Part shown: positions 23,330 to 37,200 of the stretch, piece by piece
Position numbering within the stretch: the stretch's first letter is position 1
Layout of the letters: each line of letters starts with the position of its first letter
Assembly: GCA_964016885.1 (NCBI GenBank)
Contig: CAXHJY010000397.1
Span: 186,001 to 250,000, forward strand
Source: Eledone cirrhosa
Taxonomy: Eukaryota
DNA: 64,000 bases
Direction: 5' to 3'
Position numbers and translations under genes: made by a program
The notes under the pieces: model-generated
Seen by the model: the letters and a program-made list of their open reading frames with translations, nothing else
What the model was told of the DNA's origin: nothing
Database searches by the model: none

Positions 23330-26300
23330 TTAGCTTAGCTTAGGATAGCTTAGCTTAGCTTAGGATAGCTTAGCTTAGCTTAGCTTAGGATAGCTTAGCT
23401 TAGGATAGCTTAGCTTAGCTTAGTTTAGGATAGCTTAGCTTAGGATAGCTTAGCTTAGCTTAGGATAGCTTAGCTTAGCTTAGCTTAGGATAGCTTAGCT
23501 TAGCTTAGCTTAGGATAGCTTAGCTTAGCTTAGCTTAGGATAGCTTAGCTTAACTTGGCTTAGGATAGCTTAGCTTAGCTTAGCTTAGGATAGCTTAGCT
23601 TAGCTTAGCTTAGGATAGCTTAGCTTAGCTTAGGATAGCTTAGCTTAATTTAGGATAGCTTAGCTTAGCTTGGCTTAGGATAGCTTAGCTTAGCTTAGCT
23701 TAGGATAGCTTAGGATAGCTTAGGATAGCTTAGCTTTGCTTAGCTTAGGATAGCTTAGCTTAGCTTAGCTTAGGATAGCTTAGCTTAGCTTAGCTTAGGA
23801 TAGCTTAGCTTAGCTTAGGATAGCTTAGCTTAGCTTAGCTTAGGATAGCTTAGCTTAGCTTAGCTTAGGATAGCTTAGCTTAGCTTAGCTTAGGATAGCT
23901 TAGCTTAGCTTAGCTTAGGATAGATTAGCTTAGCTTAGGATAGCTTAGCTTAGCTTAGCTTAGGAAAGCTTAGCTTAGCTTAGGATAGCTTAGTTTAGCT
24001 TAGCTTAGGAGAGCTTAGCTTAGCTTAGGATAGCTTAGCTTAGCTTAGCTTAGGATAGCTTAGCTTAGCTTAGCTTAGGTAGCTTAGCTTAGCTTAGCTT
24101 AGGATAGCTTAGCTTAGCTTAGCTTAGCTTAGGATAGCTTAGCTTAGCTTAGCTTAGGAGAGCTTAGCTTAGCTTAGCTTAGGATAGCTTAGGATAGCTT
24201 AGCTTAGGATAGCTTAGGATAGCTTACCTTAGGAGAGCTTAGCTTAGGATAGCTTAGCTTAGGATAGCTTAGGATAGCTTAGCTTAGGATAGCTTAGCTT
24301 AGGATAGCTTAGCTTAGGATAGCTTAGGATAGCTTAGCTTAGCTTAGCTTAGGATAGCTTAGCTTAGCTTAGCTTAGGATAGCTTAGCTTAGGTTAGCTT
24401 AGCTTAGCTTAGCTTAGCTTAGGATAGCTTAGCTTAGGATAGCTTAGGATAGCTTAGGATAGCTTAGCTTAGGATAGCTTAGCTTAGGATAGCTTAGGAT
24501 AGCTTAGCTTAGGATAGCTTAGGATAGCTTAGCTTAGGATAGCTTAGCTTAGGATAGCTTAGGATAGCTTAGCTTAGCTTAGCTTAGGATAGCTTAGCTT
24601 AGCTTAGCTTAGGATAGCTTAGCTTAGCTTAGGATAGCTTAGCTTAGCTTAGCTTAGGATAGCTTAGGATAGCTTAGCTTAGGATAGCTTAGGATAGCTT
24701 AGCTTAGGATAGCTTAGGATAGCTTAGGATAGCTTAGCTTAGCTTAGCTTAGGATAGCTTAGCTTAGCTTAGCTTAGGATAGCTTAGCTTAGCTTAGCTT
24801 AGGATAGCTTAGCTTAGCTTAGGATAGCTTAGCTTAGCTTAGCTTAGGATAGCTTAGCTTAGCTTAGCTTAGGACAGCTTAGCTTAGCTTAGCTTAGGAT
24901 AGCTTAGCTTAGCTTAGGATAGCTTAGCTTAGCTTAGCTTAGGATAGCTTAGCTTAGCTTAGCTTAGGATAGCTTAGCTTAGGATAGCTTAGCTTAGGAT
25001 AGCTTAGCTTAGGTTAGCTTAGCTTAGCTTAGGATAGCTTAGGATAGCTTAGCTTAGGATAGCTTAGCTTAGCTTAGCTTAGCATAGCTTAGCTTAGCTT
25101 AGCTTAGGATAGCTTAGCTTAGCTTAGCTTAGGATAGCTTAGCTTAGCTTAGCTTAGGATAGCTTAGCTTAGGATAGCTTAGGATAGCTTAGCTTAGCTT
25201 AGGATAGCTTAGCTTAGCTTAGCTTAGGATAGCTTAGCTTAGCTTAGGATAGCTTAGCTTAGCTTAGCTTAGGATAGCTTAGCTTAGCTTAGCTTAGGAT
25301 AGCTTAGCTTAGCTTAGCTTAGGATAGCTTAGGATAGCTTAGGATAGCTTAGCTTAGCTTAGCTTAGGATAGCTTAGCTTAGCTTAGCTTAGGATAGCTT
25401 AGCTTAGCTTAGCTTAGGATAGCTTAGCTTAGCTTAGGATAGCTTAGCTTAGCTTAGCTTAGGATAGCTTAGCTTAGCTTAGCTTAGGATAGCTTAGCTT
25501 AGCTTAGCTTAGGATAGATTAGCTTAGCTTAGGATAGCTTAGCTTAGCTTAGCTTAGGAAAGCTTAGCTTAGCTTAGGATAGCTTAGCTTTGCTTAGCTT
25601 AGGATAGCTTAGGATAGCTTAGCTTAGGATAGCTTAGGATAGCTTAGCTTAGGATAGCTTAGGATAGCTTAGGTTAGGATAGCTTAGCTTAGGATAGCTT
25701 AGGATAGCTTAGCTTAGCTTAGCTTAGGATAGCTTAGCATAGCTTAGGATAGCTTAGCTTAGCTTAGGATAGCTTAGCTTAGCTTAGGATAGCTTAGCTT
25801 AGCTTAGCTTAGGATAGCTTAGCTTAGCTTAGCTTAGGATAGCTTAGCTTAGCTTAGCTTAGGATAGCTTAGGATAGCTTAGCCTAGCTTAGCTTAGGAT
25901 AGCTTAGCTTAGCTTAGCTTAGGATAGCTTAGCTTAGCTTAGGATAGCTTAGCTTAGCTTAGCTTAGGATAGCTTAGCTTAGGATAGCTTAGCTTAGCTT
26001 AGTTTAGGATAGCTTAGCTTAGGATAGCTTAGCTTAGCTTAGGATAGCTTAGCTTAGCTTAGCTTAGGATAGCTTAGCTTAGCTTAGCTTAGGATAGCTT
26101 AGCTTAGCTTAGCTTAGGATAGCTTAGCTTAGCTTGGCTTAGGATAGCTTAGCTTAGCTTAGCTTAGGATAGCTTAGCTTAGCTTAGCTTAGGATAGCTT
26201 AGCTTAGCTTAGGATAGCTTAGCTTAATTTAGGATAGCTTAGCTTAGCTTGGCTTAGGATAGCTTAGCTTAGCTTAGCTTAGGATAGCTTAGGATAGCTT

Positions 26301-28295
26301 AGGATAGCTTAGCTTTGCTTAGCTTAGGATAGCTTAGCTTAGCTTAGCTTAGGATAGCTTAGCTTAGCTTAGCTTAGGATAGCTTAGCTTAGCTTAGGAT
26401 AGCTTAGCTTAGCTTAGCTTAGGATAGCTTAGCTTAGCTTAGCTTAGGATAGCTTAGCTTAGCTTAGCTTAGGATAGCTTAGCTTAGCTTAGCTTAGGAT
26501 AGATTAGCTTAGCTTAGGATAGCTTAGCTTAGCTTAGCTTAGGAAAGCTTAGCTTAGCTTAGGATAGCTTAGTTTAGCTTAGCTTAGGAGAGCTTAGCTT
26601 AGCTTAGGATAGCTTAGCTTAGCTTAACTTAGGATAGCTTAGCTTAGCTTAGCTTAGGTAGCTTAGCTTAGCTTAGCTTAGGATAGCTTAGCTTAGCTTA
26701 GCTTAGCTTAGGATAGCTTAGCTTAGCTTAGCTTAGGAGAGCTTAGCTTAGCTTAGCTTAGGATAGCTTAGGATAGCTTAGCTTAGGATAGCTTAGGATA
26801 GCTTACCTTAGGAGAGCTTAGCTTAGGATAGCTTAGCTTAGGATAGCTTAGGATAGCTTAGCTTAGGATAGCTTAGCTTAGGATAGCTTAGCTTAGGATA
26901 GCTTAGGATAGCTTAGCTTAGCTTAGCTTAGGATAGCTTAGCTTAGCTTAGCTTAGGATAGCTTAGCTTAGGTTAGCTTAGCTTAGCTTAGCTTAGCTTA
27001 GGATAGCTTAGCTTAGGATAGCTTAGGATAGCTTAGGATAGCTTAGCTTAGGATAGCTTAGCTTAGGATAGCTTAGGATAGCTTAGCTTAGGATAGCTTA
27101 GGATAGCTTAGCTTAGGATAGCTTAGCTTAGGATAGCTTAGGATAGCTTAGCTTAGCTTAGCTTAGGATAGCTTAGCTTAGCTTAGCTTAGGATAGCTTA
27201 GCTTAGCTTAGGATAGCTTAGCTTAGCTTAGCTTAGGATAGCTTAGGATAGCTTAGCTTAGGATAGCTTAGGATAGCTTAGCTTAGGATAGCTTAGGATA
27301 GCTTAGGATAGCTTAGCTTAGCTTAGCTTAGGATAGCTTAGCTTAGCTTAGCTTAGGATAGCTTAGCTTAGCTTAGCTTAGGATAGCTTAGCTTAGCTTA
27401 GGATAGCTTAGCTTAGCTTAGCTTAGGATAGCTTAGCTTAGCTTAGCTTAGGACAGCTTAGCTTAGCTTAGCTTAGGATAGCTTAGCTTAGCTTAGGATA
27501 GCTTAGCTTAGCTTAGCTTAGGATAGCTTAGCTTAGCTTAGCTTAGGATAGCTTAGCTTAGGATAGCTTAGCTTAGGATAGCTTAGCTTAGGTTAGCTTA
27601 GCTTAGCTTAGCTTAGGATAGCTTAGGATAGCTTAGCTTAGGATAGCTTAGCTTAGCTTAGCTTAGCATAGCTTAGCTTAGCTTAGCTTAGGATAGCTTA
27701 GCTTAGCTTAGCTTAGGATAGCTTAGCTTAGCTTAGCTTAGGATAGCTTAGCTTAGGATAGCTTAGGATAGCTTAGCTTAGCTTAGGATAGCTTAGCTTA
27801 GCTTAGCTTAGGATAGCTTAGCTTAGCTTAGGATAGCTTAGCTTAGCTTAGCTTAGGATAGCTTAGCTTAGCTTAGCTTAGGATAGCTTAGCTTAGCTTA
27901 GCTTAGGATAGCTTAGGATAGCTTAGGATAGCTTAGCTTAGCTTAGCTTAGGATAGCTTAGCTTAGCTTAGCTTAGGATAGCTTAGCTTAGCTTAGCTTA
28001 GGATAGCTTAGCTTAGCTTAGGATAGCTTAGCTTAGCTTAGCTTAGGATAGCTTAGCTTAGCTTAGCTTAGGATAGCTTAGCTTAGCTTAGCTTAGGATA
28101 GATTAGCTTAGCTTAGGATAGCTTAGCTTAGCTTAGCTTAGGAAAGCTTAGCTTAGCTTAGGATAGCTTAGCTTTGCTTAGCTTAGGATAGCTTAGGATA
28201 GCTTAGCTTAGGATAGCTTAGGATAGCTTAGCTTAGGATAGCTTAGGATAGCTTAGGTTAGGATAGCTTAGCTTAGGATAGCTTAGGATAGCTTA
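23330..28295 (+). repeat. Tandem duplication, period 2579 bp (counterpart of 1-4400)
   Basis: TTTAG 23424/26003, ATTAG 23924/26503, GTAG 24079/26658, GACAG 24873/27452. Confidence 0.92.
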
Positions 28296-31200
28296 GCTTA
28301 GGATAGCTTAGGATAGCTTAGCTTAGGATAGCTTAGGATAGCTTAGCTTAGGATAGCTTAGCTTAGGATAGCTTAGGAAAGCTTAGCTTAGCTTAGCTTA
28401 GGATAGCTTAGCTTAGCTTAGCTTAGGATAGCTTAGCTTAGCTTAGCTTAGGATAGCTTAGGATAGCTTAGCTTAGGATAGCTTAGGATAGCTTAGCTTA
28501 GGATAGCTTAGCTTATGATAGCTTAGGATAGCTTAGCTTAGGATAGCTTAGGATAGCTTAGCTTAGGATAGCTTAGCTTAGGATAGCTTAGGATAGCTTA
28601 GCTTAGCTTAGCTTAGGATAGCTTAGCTTAGCTTAGCTTAGGATAGCTTAGCTTAGCTTAGCTTAGGATAGCTTAGCTTAGCTTAGGATAGCTTAGGATA
28701 GCTTAGCTTAGGATAGCTTAGGATAGCTTAGCTTAGGATAGCTTAGGATAGCTTAGCTTAGGATAGCTTAGGATAGCTTAGCTTAGGATAGCTTAGCTTA
28801 GGATAGCTTAGCTTAGCTTAGCTTAGGATAGCTTAGCTTAGGATAGCTTAGGATAGCTTAGCTTAGGATAGCTTAGCTTAGGATAGCTTAGGATAGCTTA
28901 GCTTAGCTTAGCTTAGGATAGCTTAGCTTAGCTTAGCTTAGGATAGCTTAGCTTAGCTTAGCTTAGGATAGCTTAGCTTAGCTTAGCTTAGGATAGCTTA
29001 GGATAGCTTAGCTTAGCTTAGCTTAGCTTAGGATAGCTTAGCTTAGCTTAGCTTAGGATAGCTTAGCTTAGCTTAGCTTAGGATAGCTTAGCTTAGCTTA
29101 GCTTAGGATAGCTTAGCTTAGATTAGCTTAGGATAGCTTAGCTTAGCTTAGCTTAGGATAGCTTAGGTTAGCTTAGGATAGCTTAGCTTAGGATAGCTTA
29201 GCTTAGGATAGCTTAGCTTAGGTTAGCTTAGCTTAGCTTAGGATAGCTTAGGATAGCTTAGCTTAGGATAGCTTAGCTTAGCTTAGGATAGCTTAGCTTA
29301 GCTTAGGATAGCTTAGCTTAGCTTAGCTTAGCTTAGGATAGCTTAGCTTAGGATAGCTTAGGATAGCTTAGCTTAGCTTAGGATAGCTTAGCTTAGCTTA
29401 GCTTAGGATAGCTTAGCTTAGCTTAGCTTAGGATAGCTTAGGATAGCTTAGCTTAGCTTAGCTTAGGATAGCTTAGCTTAGCTTAGCTTAGGATAGCTTA
29501 GCTTAGCTTAGCTTAGGATAGCTTAGCTTAGCTTAGGATAGCTTAGCTTAGCTTAGGATAGCTTAGCTTAGCTTAGCTTAGGATAGCTTAGCTTAGCTTA
29601 GGATAGCTTAGCTTAGCTTAGGATAGCTTAGCTTAGCTTAGCTTAGGATAGCTTAGCTTAGCTTAGCTTAGGATAGCTTAGCTTAGCTTAGCTTAGGATA
29701 GCTTAGCTTAGCTTAGGATAGCTTAGCTTAGCTTAGGATAGCTTAGCTTAGCTTAGCTTAGCTTAGCTTAGGATAGCTTAGCTTAGCTTAGCTTAGGATA
29801 GCTTAGCTTAGCTTAGCTTAGGATAGCTTAGCTTAGCTTAGCTTAGGATAGCTTAGCTTAGCTTAGGATAGCTTAGCTTAGCTTAGCTTAGGATAGCTTA
29901 GCTTAGCTGAGCTTAGGATAGCTTAGGATAGCTTAGCTTAGGATAGCTTAGGATAGCTTACCTTAGGAGAGCTTAGCTTAGGAAAGCTTAGCTTAGGATA
30001 GCTTAGGATAGCTTAGCTTAGGATAGCTTAGCTTAGGATAGCTTAGCTTAGGATAGCTTAGGATAGCTTAGCTTAGCTTAGCTTAGGATAGCTTAGCTTA
30101 GCTTAGCTTAGGATAGCTTAGCTTAGCTTAGCTTAGGATAGCTTAGCTTAGCTTAGCTTAGGATAGCTTAGGATAGCTTAGCTTAGGATAGCTTAGGATA
30201 GCTTAGCTTAGGATAGCTTAGGATAGCTTAGCTTAGGATAGCTTAGCTTAGGATAGCTTAGGATAGCTTAGCTTAGCTTAGCTTAGGATAGCTTAGGATA
30301 GCTTAGCTTAGGATAGCTTAGGATAGCTTAGCTTAGGATAGATTAGGATAGCTTAGCTTAGGATAGTTTAGGATAGCTTAGCTTAGGATAGCTTAGCTTA
30401 GGATAGCTTAGCTTAGCTTAGGATAGCTTAGCTTAGCTTAGGATAGCTTAGCTTGGGATAGCTTAGGATAGCTTAGCTTAGGATAGCTTAGCTTAGGATA
30501 GCTTAGGATAGCTTAGCTTAGCTTAGCTTAGGATAGCTTAGCTTAGCATAGCTTCGGATAGCTTAGCTTAGCTTAGGATAGCTTAGCTTAGCTTAGCTTA
30601 GGATAGCTTAGCTTAGCTTAGCTTAGGATAGCTTAGCTAAGCTTAGCTTAGGATAGCTTAGCTTAGCTTAGAATAGCTTAGCTTAGGATAGCTTAGCTTA
30701 GGATAGCTTAGCTTAGGATAGCTTAGGATAGCTTAGCTTAGGATAGCTTAGGATAGCTTAGCTTAGGATAGCTTAGCTTAGCTTAGCTTAGGATAGCTTA
30801 GCTTAGCTTAGGATAGCTTAGCTTAGCTTAGCTTAGGATAGCTTAGCTTAGGATAGCTTAGGAAAGCTTAGCTTAGCTTAGCTTAGGATAGCTTAGCTTA
30901 GCTTAGCTTAGGATAGCTTAGCTTAGCTTAGGATAGCTTAGCTTAGCTTAGGATAGCTTAGCTTAGCTTAGCTTAGGATAGCTTAGCTTAGCTTAGCTTA
31001 GGATAGCTTAGCTTAGCTTAGCATAGGATAGCTTAGCTTAGCTTAGCTTAGGATAGCTTAGCTTAGCTTAGCTTAGGATAGCTTAGCTTAGGATAGCTTA
31101 GCTTAGCTTAGCTTAGGATAGCTTAGCTTAGCTTAGCTTAGGATAGCTTAGCTTAGCTTAGCTTAGGATAGCTTAGCTTAGCTTAGCTTAGGATAGCTTA

Positions 31201-34200
31201 GCTTAGATTAGCTTAGGATAGCTTCGCTTAGCTTAGCTTAGGATAGCTTAGCTTAGTTTAGGAAAGCTTAGCTTAGCTTAGCTTAGGATAGCTTAGCTTA
31301 GCTTAGGATAGCTTAGCTTAGCTTAGGATAGCTTAGCTTAGCTTAGCTTAGGATAGCTTAGCTTAGCTTAGCTTAGGATAGCTTAGCTTAGCATAGGATA
31401 GCTTAGCTTAGCTTAGCTTAGGATAGCTTAGCTTAGCTTAGCTTAGGATAGCTTAGCTTAGGATAGCTTAGCTTAGCTTAGCTTAGGATAGCTTAGGATA
31501 GCTTAGCTTAGGATAGCTTAGCTTAGGATAGCTTAGGAAAGCTTAGCTTAGCTTAGCTTAGGATAGCTTAGCTTAGCTTAGCTTAGGATAGCTTAGCTTA
31601 GCTTAGCTTAGGATAGCTTAGGATAGCTTAGCTTAGGATAGCTTAGGATAGCTTAGCTTAGGATAGCTTAGCTTAGGATAGCTTAGCTTAGGATAGCTTA
31701 GGATAGCTTAGCTTAGGATAGCTTAGGATAGCTTAGCTTAGCTTAGCTTAGGATAGCTTAGCTTAGCTTAGCTTAGGATAGCTTAGCTTAGCTTAGCTTA
31801 GGATAGCTTAGGATAGCTTAGCTTAGGATAGCTTAGGATAGCTTAGCTTAGGATAGCTTAGGATAGCTTAGCTTAGGAAGCTTAGGATAGCTTAGCTTAG
31901 GATAGCTTAGCTTAGAATAGCTTATCTTAGCTTAGCTTAGCTTAGGATAGCTTAGGATAGCTTAGCTTAGGATAGCTTAGCTTAGCTTAGCTTAGGATAG
32001 CTTAGCTTAGCTTAGGATAGCTTAGCTTAGCTTAGCTTAGAATAGCTTAGCTTAGCTTAGGATAGCTTAGCTTAGCTTAGCTTAGGATAGCTTAGCTTAG
32101 CTTAGGATAGCTTAGCTTAGCTTAGCTTAGGATAGCTTAGCTTAGCTTAGCTTAGCTTAGGATAGCTTAGGATAGCTTAGCTTAGGATAGCTTAGCTTAG
32201 GTTAGCTTAGCTTAGCTTAGCTTAGGATAGCTTAGGATAGCTTAGCTTAGGATAGCTTAGCTTAGCTTAGCTTAGGATAGCTTAGCTTAGCTTAGCTTAG
32301 GAGAGCTTAGCTTAGCTTAGCTTAGGATAGCTTAGCTTAGGATAGCTTAGGATAGCTTAGCTTAGCTTAGGATAGCTTAGCTTAGCTTAGCTTAGGATAG
32401 CTTAGCTTAGCTTAGGATAGCTTAGCTTAGCTTAGCTTAGGATAGCTTAGCTTAGCTTAGCTTAGGATAGCTTAGCTTAGCTTAGCTTAGGTAGCTTAGC
32501 TTAGCTTAGGATAGCTTAGGATAGCTTAGGATAGCTTAGCTTAGCTTAGGATAGCTTAGCTTAGCTTAGCTTATGATAGCTTAGCTTAGCTTAGCTTAGG
32601 ATAGCTTAGCTTAGCTTAGGATAGCTTAGCTTAGCTTAGCTTAGGATAGCTTAGCTTAGCTTAGCTTAGGATAGCTTAGCTTAGCTTAGCTTAGGATAGA
32701 TTAGCTTAGCTTAGCTTAGGATAGCTTAGCTTAGCTTAGCTTAGGATAGCTTAGCTTAGCTTAGCTTAGGATAGCTTAGCTTAGCTTAGGATAGCTTAGC
32801 TTAGCTTAGCTTAGGATAGCTTAGCTTAGCTTAGGATAGCTTAGCTTAGCTTAGCTTAGCTTAGGAGAGCTTAGCTTAGCTTAGCTTAGGATAGCTTAGC
32901 TTAGCTTAGCTTAGGATAGCTTAGCTTAGCTTAGGATAGCTTAGCTTAGCTTAGCTTATCTTAACTTAGGATAGCTTAGCTTAGCTTAGCTTAGGATAGC
33001 TTAGCTTAGCTTAGCTTAGGATAGCTTAGGATAGCTTAGCTTAGGATAGCTTAGGATAGCTTACCTTAGGATAGCTTAGCTTAGGATAGCTTAGCTTAGG
33101 ATAGCTTAGGATAGCTTAGCTTAGCTTAGCTTAGGATAACTTAGCTTAGCTTAGCTTAGGATAGCTTAGCTTAGCTTAGCTTAGGATAGCTTAGCTTAGC
33201 TTAGGATAGCTTAGCTTAGCTTAGCTTAGGATAGCTTAGCTTAGCTTAGCTTAGGATAGCTTAGCTTAGGATAGCTTAGCTTAGGATAGCTTAGCTTAGG
33301 ATAGCTTAGGATAGCTTAGCTTAGGATAGCTTAGGATAGCTTAGCTTCGGATAGCTTAGCTTAGCTAAGGATTGCTTAGCTTAGGATAGCTTAGGATAGC
33401 TTAGCTTAGCTTAGCTTAGGATAGCTTAGCTTAGCTTAGGATAGCTTATCTTAGCTTAGGATAGCTTAGCTTAGCTTAGGATAGCTTAGCTTAGCTTAGG
33501 ATAGCTTAGCTTAGCTTAGCTTAGGATAGCTTAGCTTAGCTTAGCTTAGGATAGCTTAGCTTAGCTTAGCTTAGGATAGCTTAGCTTAGCTTAGCTTAGG
33601 ATAGCTTAGCTTAGCTTAGCTTAGGAGAGCTTAGCTTAGCTTAGCTTAGGATAGCTTAGCTTAGCTTAGGATAGCTTAGCTTAGCTTAGCTTAGGATAGC
33701 TTAGCTTAGCTTAGTTTAGGATAGCTTAGCTTAGCTTAGCTTAGCTTAGGATAGCTTAGCTTAGCTTAGCTTAGCTTAGGATAGCTTATCTTAGCTTAGG
33801 ATAGCTTAGCTTAGCTTAGCTTAGGATAGCTTAGCTTAGCTTAGGATAGCTTAGCTTAGCTTAGCTTAGGATAGCTTAGCTTAGCTTAGCTTAGGATAGC
33901 TTAGCTTAGCTTAGCTTAGCTTAGGATAGTTTAGCTTAGCTTAGCTTAGCTTAGGATAGCTTAGCTTAGCTTAGGATAGCTTAGGATAGCTTAGCTTAGG
34001 ATAGCTTAGCATAGCTTAGCTTAGGATAGCTTAGCTTAGGATAGCTTAGCTTAGGATAGCTTAGGATAGCTTAGCTTAGCTTAGCTTAGGATAGCTTAGC
34101 TTAGCTTAGCTTAGGATAGCTTAGCTTAGCTTAGCTTAGGATAGCTTAGGATAGCTTAGCTTAGGATAGCTTAGGATAGCTTAGCTTAGGAAAGCTTAGG

Positions 34201-37200
34201 ATAGCTTAGCTTAGGATAGCTTAGGATAGCTTAGCTTAGGATAGCTTAGGATAGCTTAGCTTAGCTTAGCTTAGGATAGCTTAGCTTAGCTTAGCCTAGG
34301 TAGCTTAGCTTAGCTTAGCTTAGGATAGCTTAGGATAGCTTAGCTTAGGATAGCTTAGGATAGCTTAGCTTATGATAGCTTAGCTTAGGATAGCTTAGGA
34401 TAGCTTAGCTTAGGATAGCTTAGCTTAGGATAGCTTAGGATAGCTTAGCTTAGCTTAGCTTAGGATAGCTTAGCTTAGCTTAGGATAGCTTAGCTTAGCT
34501 TAGCTTAGCTTAGGATAGCTTAGCTTAGCTTAGCTTAGGATAGCTTAGCTTAGCTTAGCTTAGGATAGCTTAGGATAGCTTAGCTTAGGATAGCTTAGGA
34601 TAGCTTAGCTTAGGATAGCTTAGGATAGCTTAGCTTAGGATAGCTTAGGATAGCTTAGCTTAGGATAGCTTAGGATAGCTTAGCTTAGCTTAGCTTAGGA
34701 TAGCTTAGCTTAGCTTAGCTTAGGTAGCTTAGCTTAGCTTAGCTTAGGATAGCTTAGGATAGCTTAGCTTAGGATAGCTTAGCTTAGCTTAGGATAGCTT
34801 AGCTTAGCTTAGCTTAGGATAGCTTAGCTTAGCTTAGCTTAGGATAGCTTAGCTTAGCTTAGGATAGCTTAGCTTAGCTTAGCTTAGGATAGCTTAGCTT
34901 AGCTTAGGATAGCTTAGCTTAGCTTAGCTTAGCTTAGGAGAGCTTAGCTTAGCTTAGCTTAGGATAGCTTAGCTTAGCTTAGCTTAGGATAGCTTAGCTT
35001 AGCTTAGGATAGCTTAGCTTAGCTTAGCTTAGGATAGCTTAGCTTAGCTTAGCTTAGGATAGCTTAGCTTAGCTTAGCTTAGGATAGCTTAGGATAGCTT
35101 AGCTTAGGATAGCTTAGGATAGCTTACCTTAGGATAGCTTAGCTTAGGATAGCTTAGCTTAGGATAGCTTAGGATAGCTTAGCTTAGCTTAGCTTAGGAT
35201 AACTTAGCTTAGCTTAGCTTAGGATAGCTTAGCTTAGCTTAGCTTAGGATAGCTTAGCTTAGCTTAGGATAGCTTAGCTTAGCTTAGCTTAGGATAGCTT
35301 AGCTTAGCTTAGCTTAGGATAGCTTAGCTTAGGATAGCTTAGCTTAGGATAGCTTAGCTTAGGATAGCTTAGGATAGCTTAGCTTAGGATAGCTTAGGAT
35401 AGCTTAGCTTCGGATAGCTTAGCTTAGCTAAGTATTGCTTAGCTTAGGATAGCTTAGGATAGCTTAGCTTAGCTTAGCTTAGGATAGCTTAGCTTAGCTT
35501 AGGATAGCTTATCTTAGCTTAGGATAGCTTAGCTTAGCTTAGGATAGCTTAGCTTAGCTTAGGATAGCTTAGCTTAGCTTAGCTTAGGATAGCTTAGCTT
35601 AGCTTAGCTTAGGATAGCTTAGCTTAGCTTAGCTTAGGATAGCTTAGGATAGCTTAGCTTAGCTTAGGATAGCTTAGCTTAGCTTAGCTTAGGATAGCTT
35701 AGCTTAGCTTAGCTTAGGATAGCTTAGGATAGCTTAGCTTAGGATAGCTTAGGATAGCTTAGCTTAGGATAGCTTAGGATAGCTTAGCTTAGGATAGCTT
35801 AGGATAGCTTAGCTTAGGATAGCTTAGCTTAGGATAGCTTAGCTTAGCTTAGCTTAGGAGAGCTTAGCTTAGGATAGCTTAGGATAGCTTAGCTTAGGAT
35901 AGCTTAGCTTAGGATAGCTTAGGATAGCTTAGCTTAGCTTAGCTTAGGATAGCTTAGCTTAGCTTAGCTTAGGATAGCTTAGCTTAGCTTAGGATAGCTT
36001 AGCTTAGCTTACCTTAGGATAGCTTAGCTTAGCTTAGCTTAGGAAAGCTTAGCTTAGCTTAGCTTAGGATAGCTTAGCTTAGCTTAGGATAGCTTAGCTT
36101 AGCTTAGCTTAGGATAGCTTAGCTTAGCTTAGCTTAGGATTACTTAGCTTAGCTTAGCTTAGCTTAGGATAGCTTAGCTTAGGATAGCTTAGCTTAGCTT
36201 AGCTTAGGATAGCTTAGCTTAGCTTAGCTTAGCTTAGGATAGCTAAGCTTAGCTTAGGATAGCTTAGCTTAGCTTAGCTTAGGATAGCTTAGCTTAGCTT
36301 AGCTTAGCTTAGCTTAGGACAGCTTAGCTTAGCTTAGCTTAGGATAGCTTAGCTTAGCTTAGCTTAGGATAGCTTAGCTTAGCTTAGCTTAGTATAGCTT
36401 AGCTTAGCTTAGGATAGCTTAGGATAGCTTAGCTTAGGATAGCTTAGGATAGCTTAGCTTAGGATAGCTTAGGATAGCTTAGCTTAGGATAGCTTAGCTT
36501 AGGATAGCTTAGCTTAGCTTAGCTTAGGATAGCTTAGCTTGGGATAGCTTAGGATAGCTTAGCTTAGGAAAGCTTAGCTTAGGATAGCTTAGCTTAGGAT
36601 AGCTTAGGATAGCTTAGCTTAGCTTAGCTTAGGATAGCTTAGCTTAGCTTAGCTTAGGATAGCTTAGCTTAGCTTAGGATAGCTTAGCTTAGCTTAGGAT
36701 AGCTTAGCTTAGCTTAGCTTAGGATAGCTTAGCTTAGCTTAGCTTAGGATAGCTTAGCTTAGCTTAGCTTAGGATAGCTTAGCTTAGCTTAGGATAGCTT
36801 AGCTTAGCTTAGGATAGCTTAGCTTAGCTTAGGATAGCTTAGCTTAGGATAGTTTAGCTTAGGATAGCTTAGGATAGCTTAGCTTAGGATAGCTTAGGAT
36901 AGCTTAGCTTAGGATAGCTTAGCTTAGCTTAGCTTAGGATAGCTTAGCTTAGCTTAGGTAGCTTAGCTTAGCTTAGCTTAGGATAGCTTAGCTTAGGATA
37001 GCTTAGGATAGCTTAGCTTAGCTTAGCTTAGGATAGCTTAGCATAGCTTAGGATAGCTTAGCTTAGCTTAGGTTAGCTTAGCTTAGCTTAGGATAGCTTA
37101 GCTTAGCTTAGCTTAGGATAGCTTAGCTTAGCTTAGCTTAGGATAGCTTAGCTTAGCTTAGCTTAGGATAGCTTAGCTTAGCTTAGCTTAGGATAGCTTA

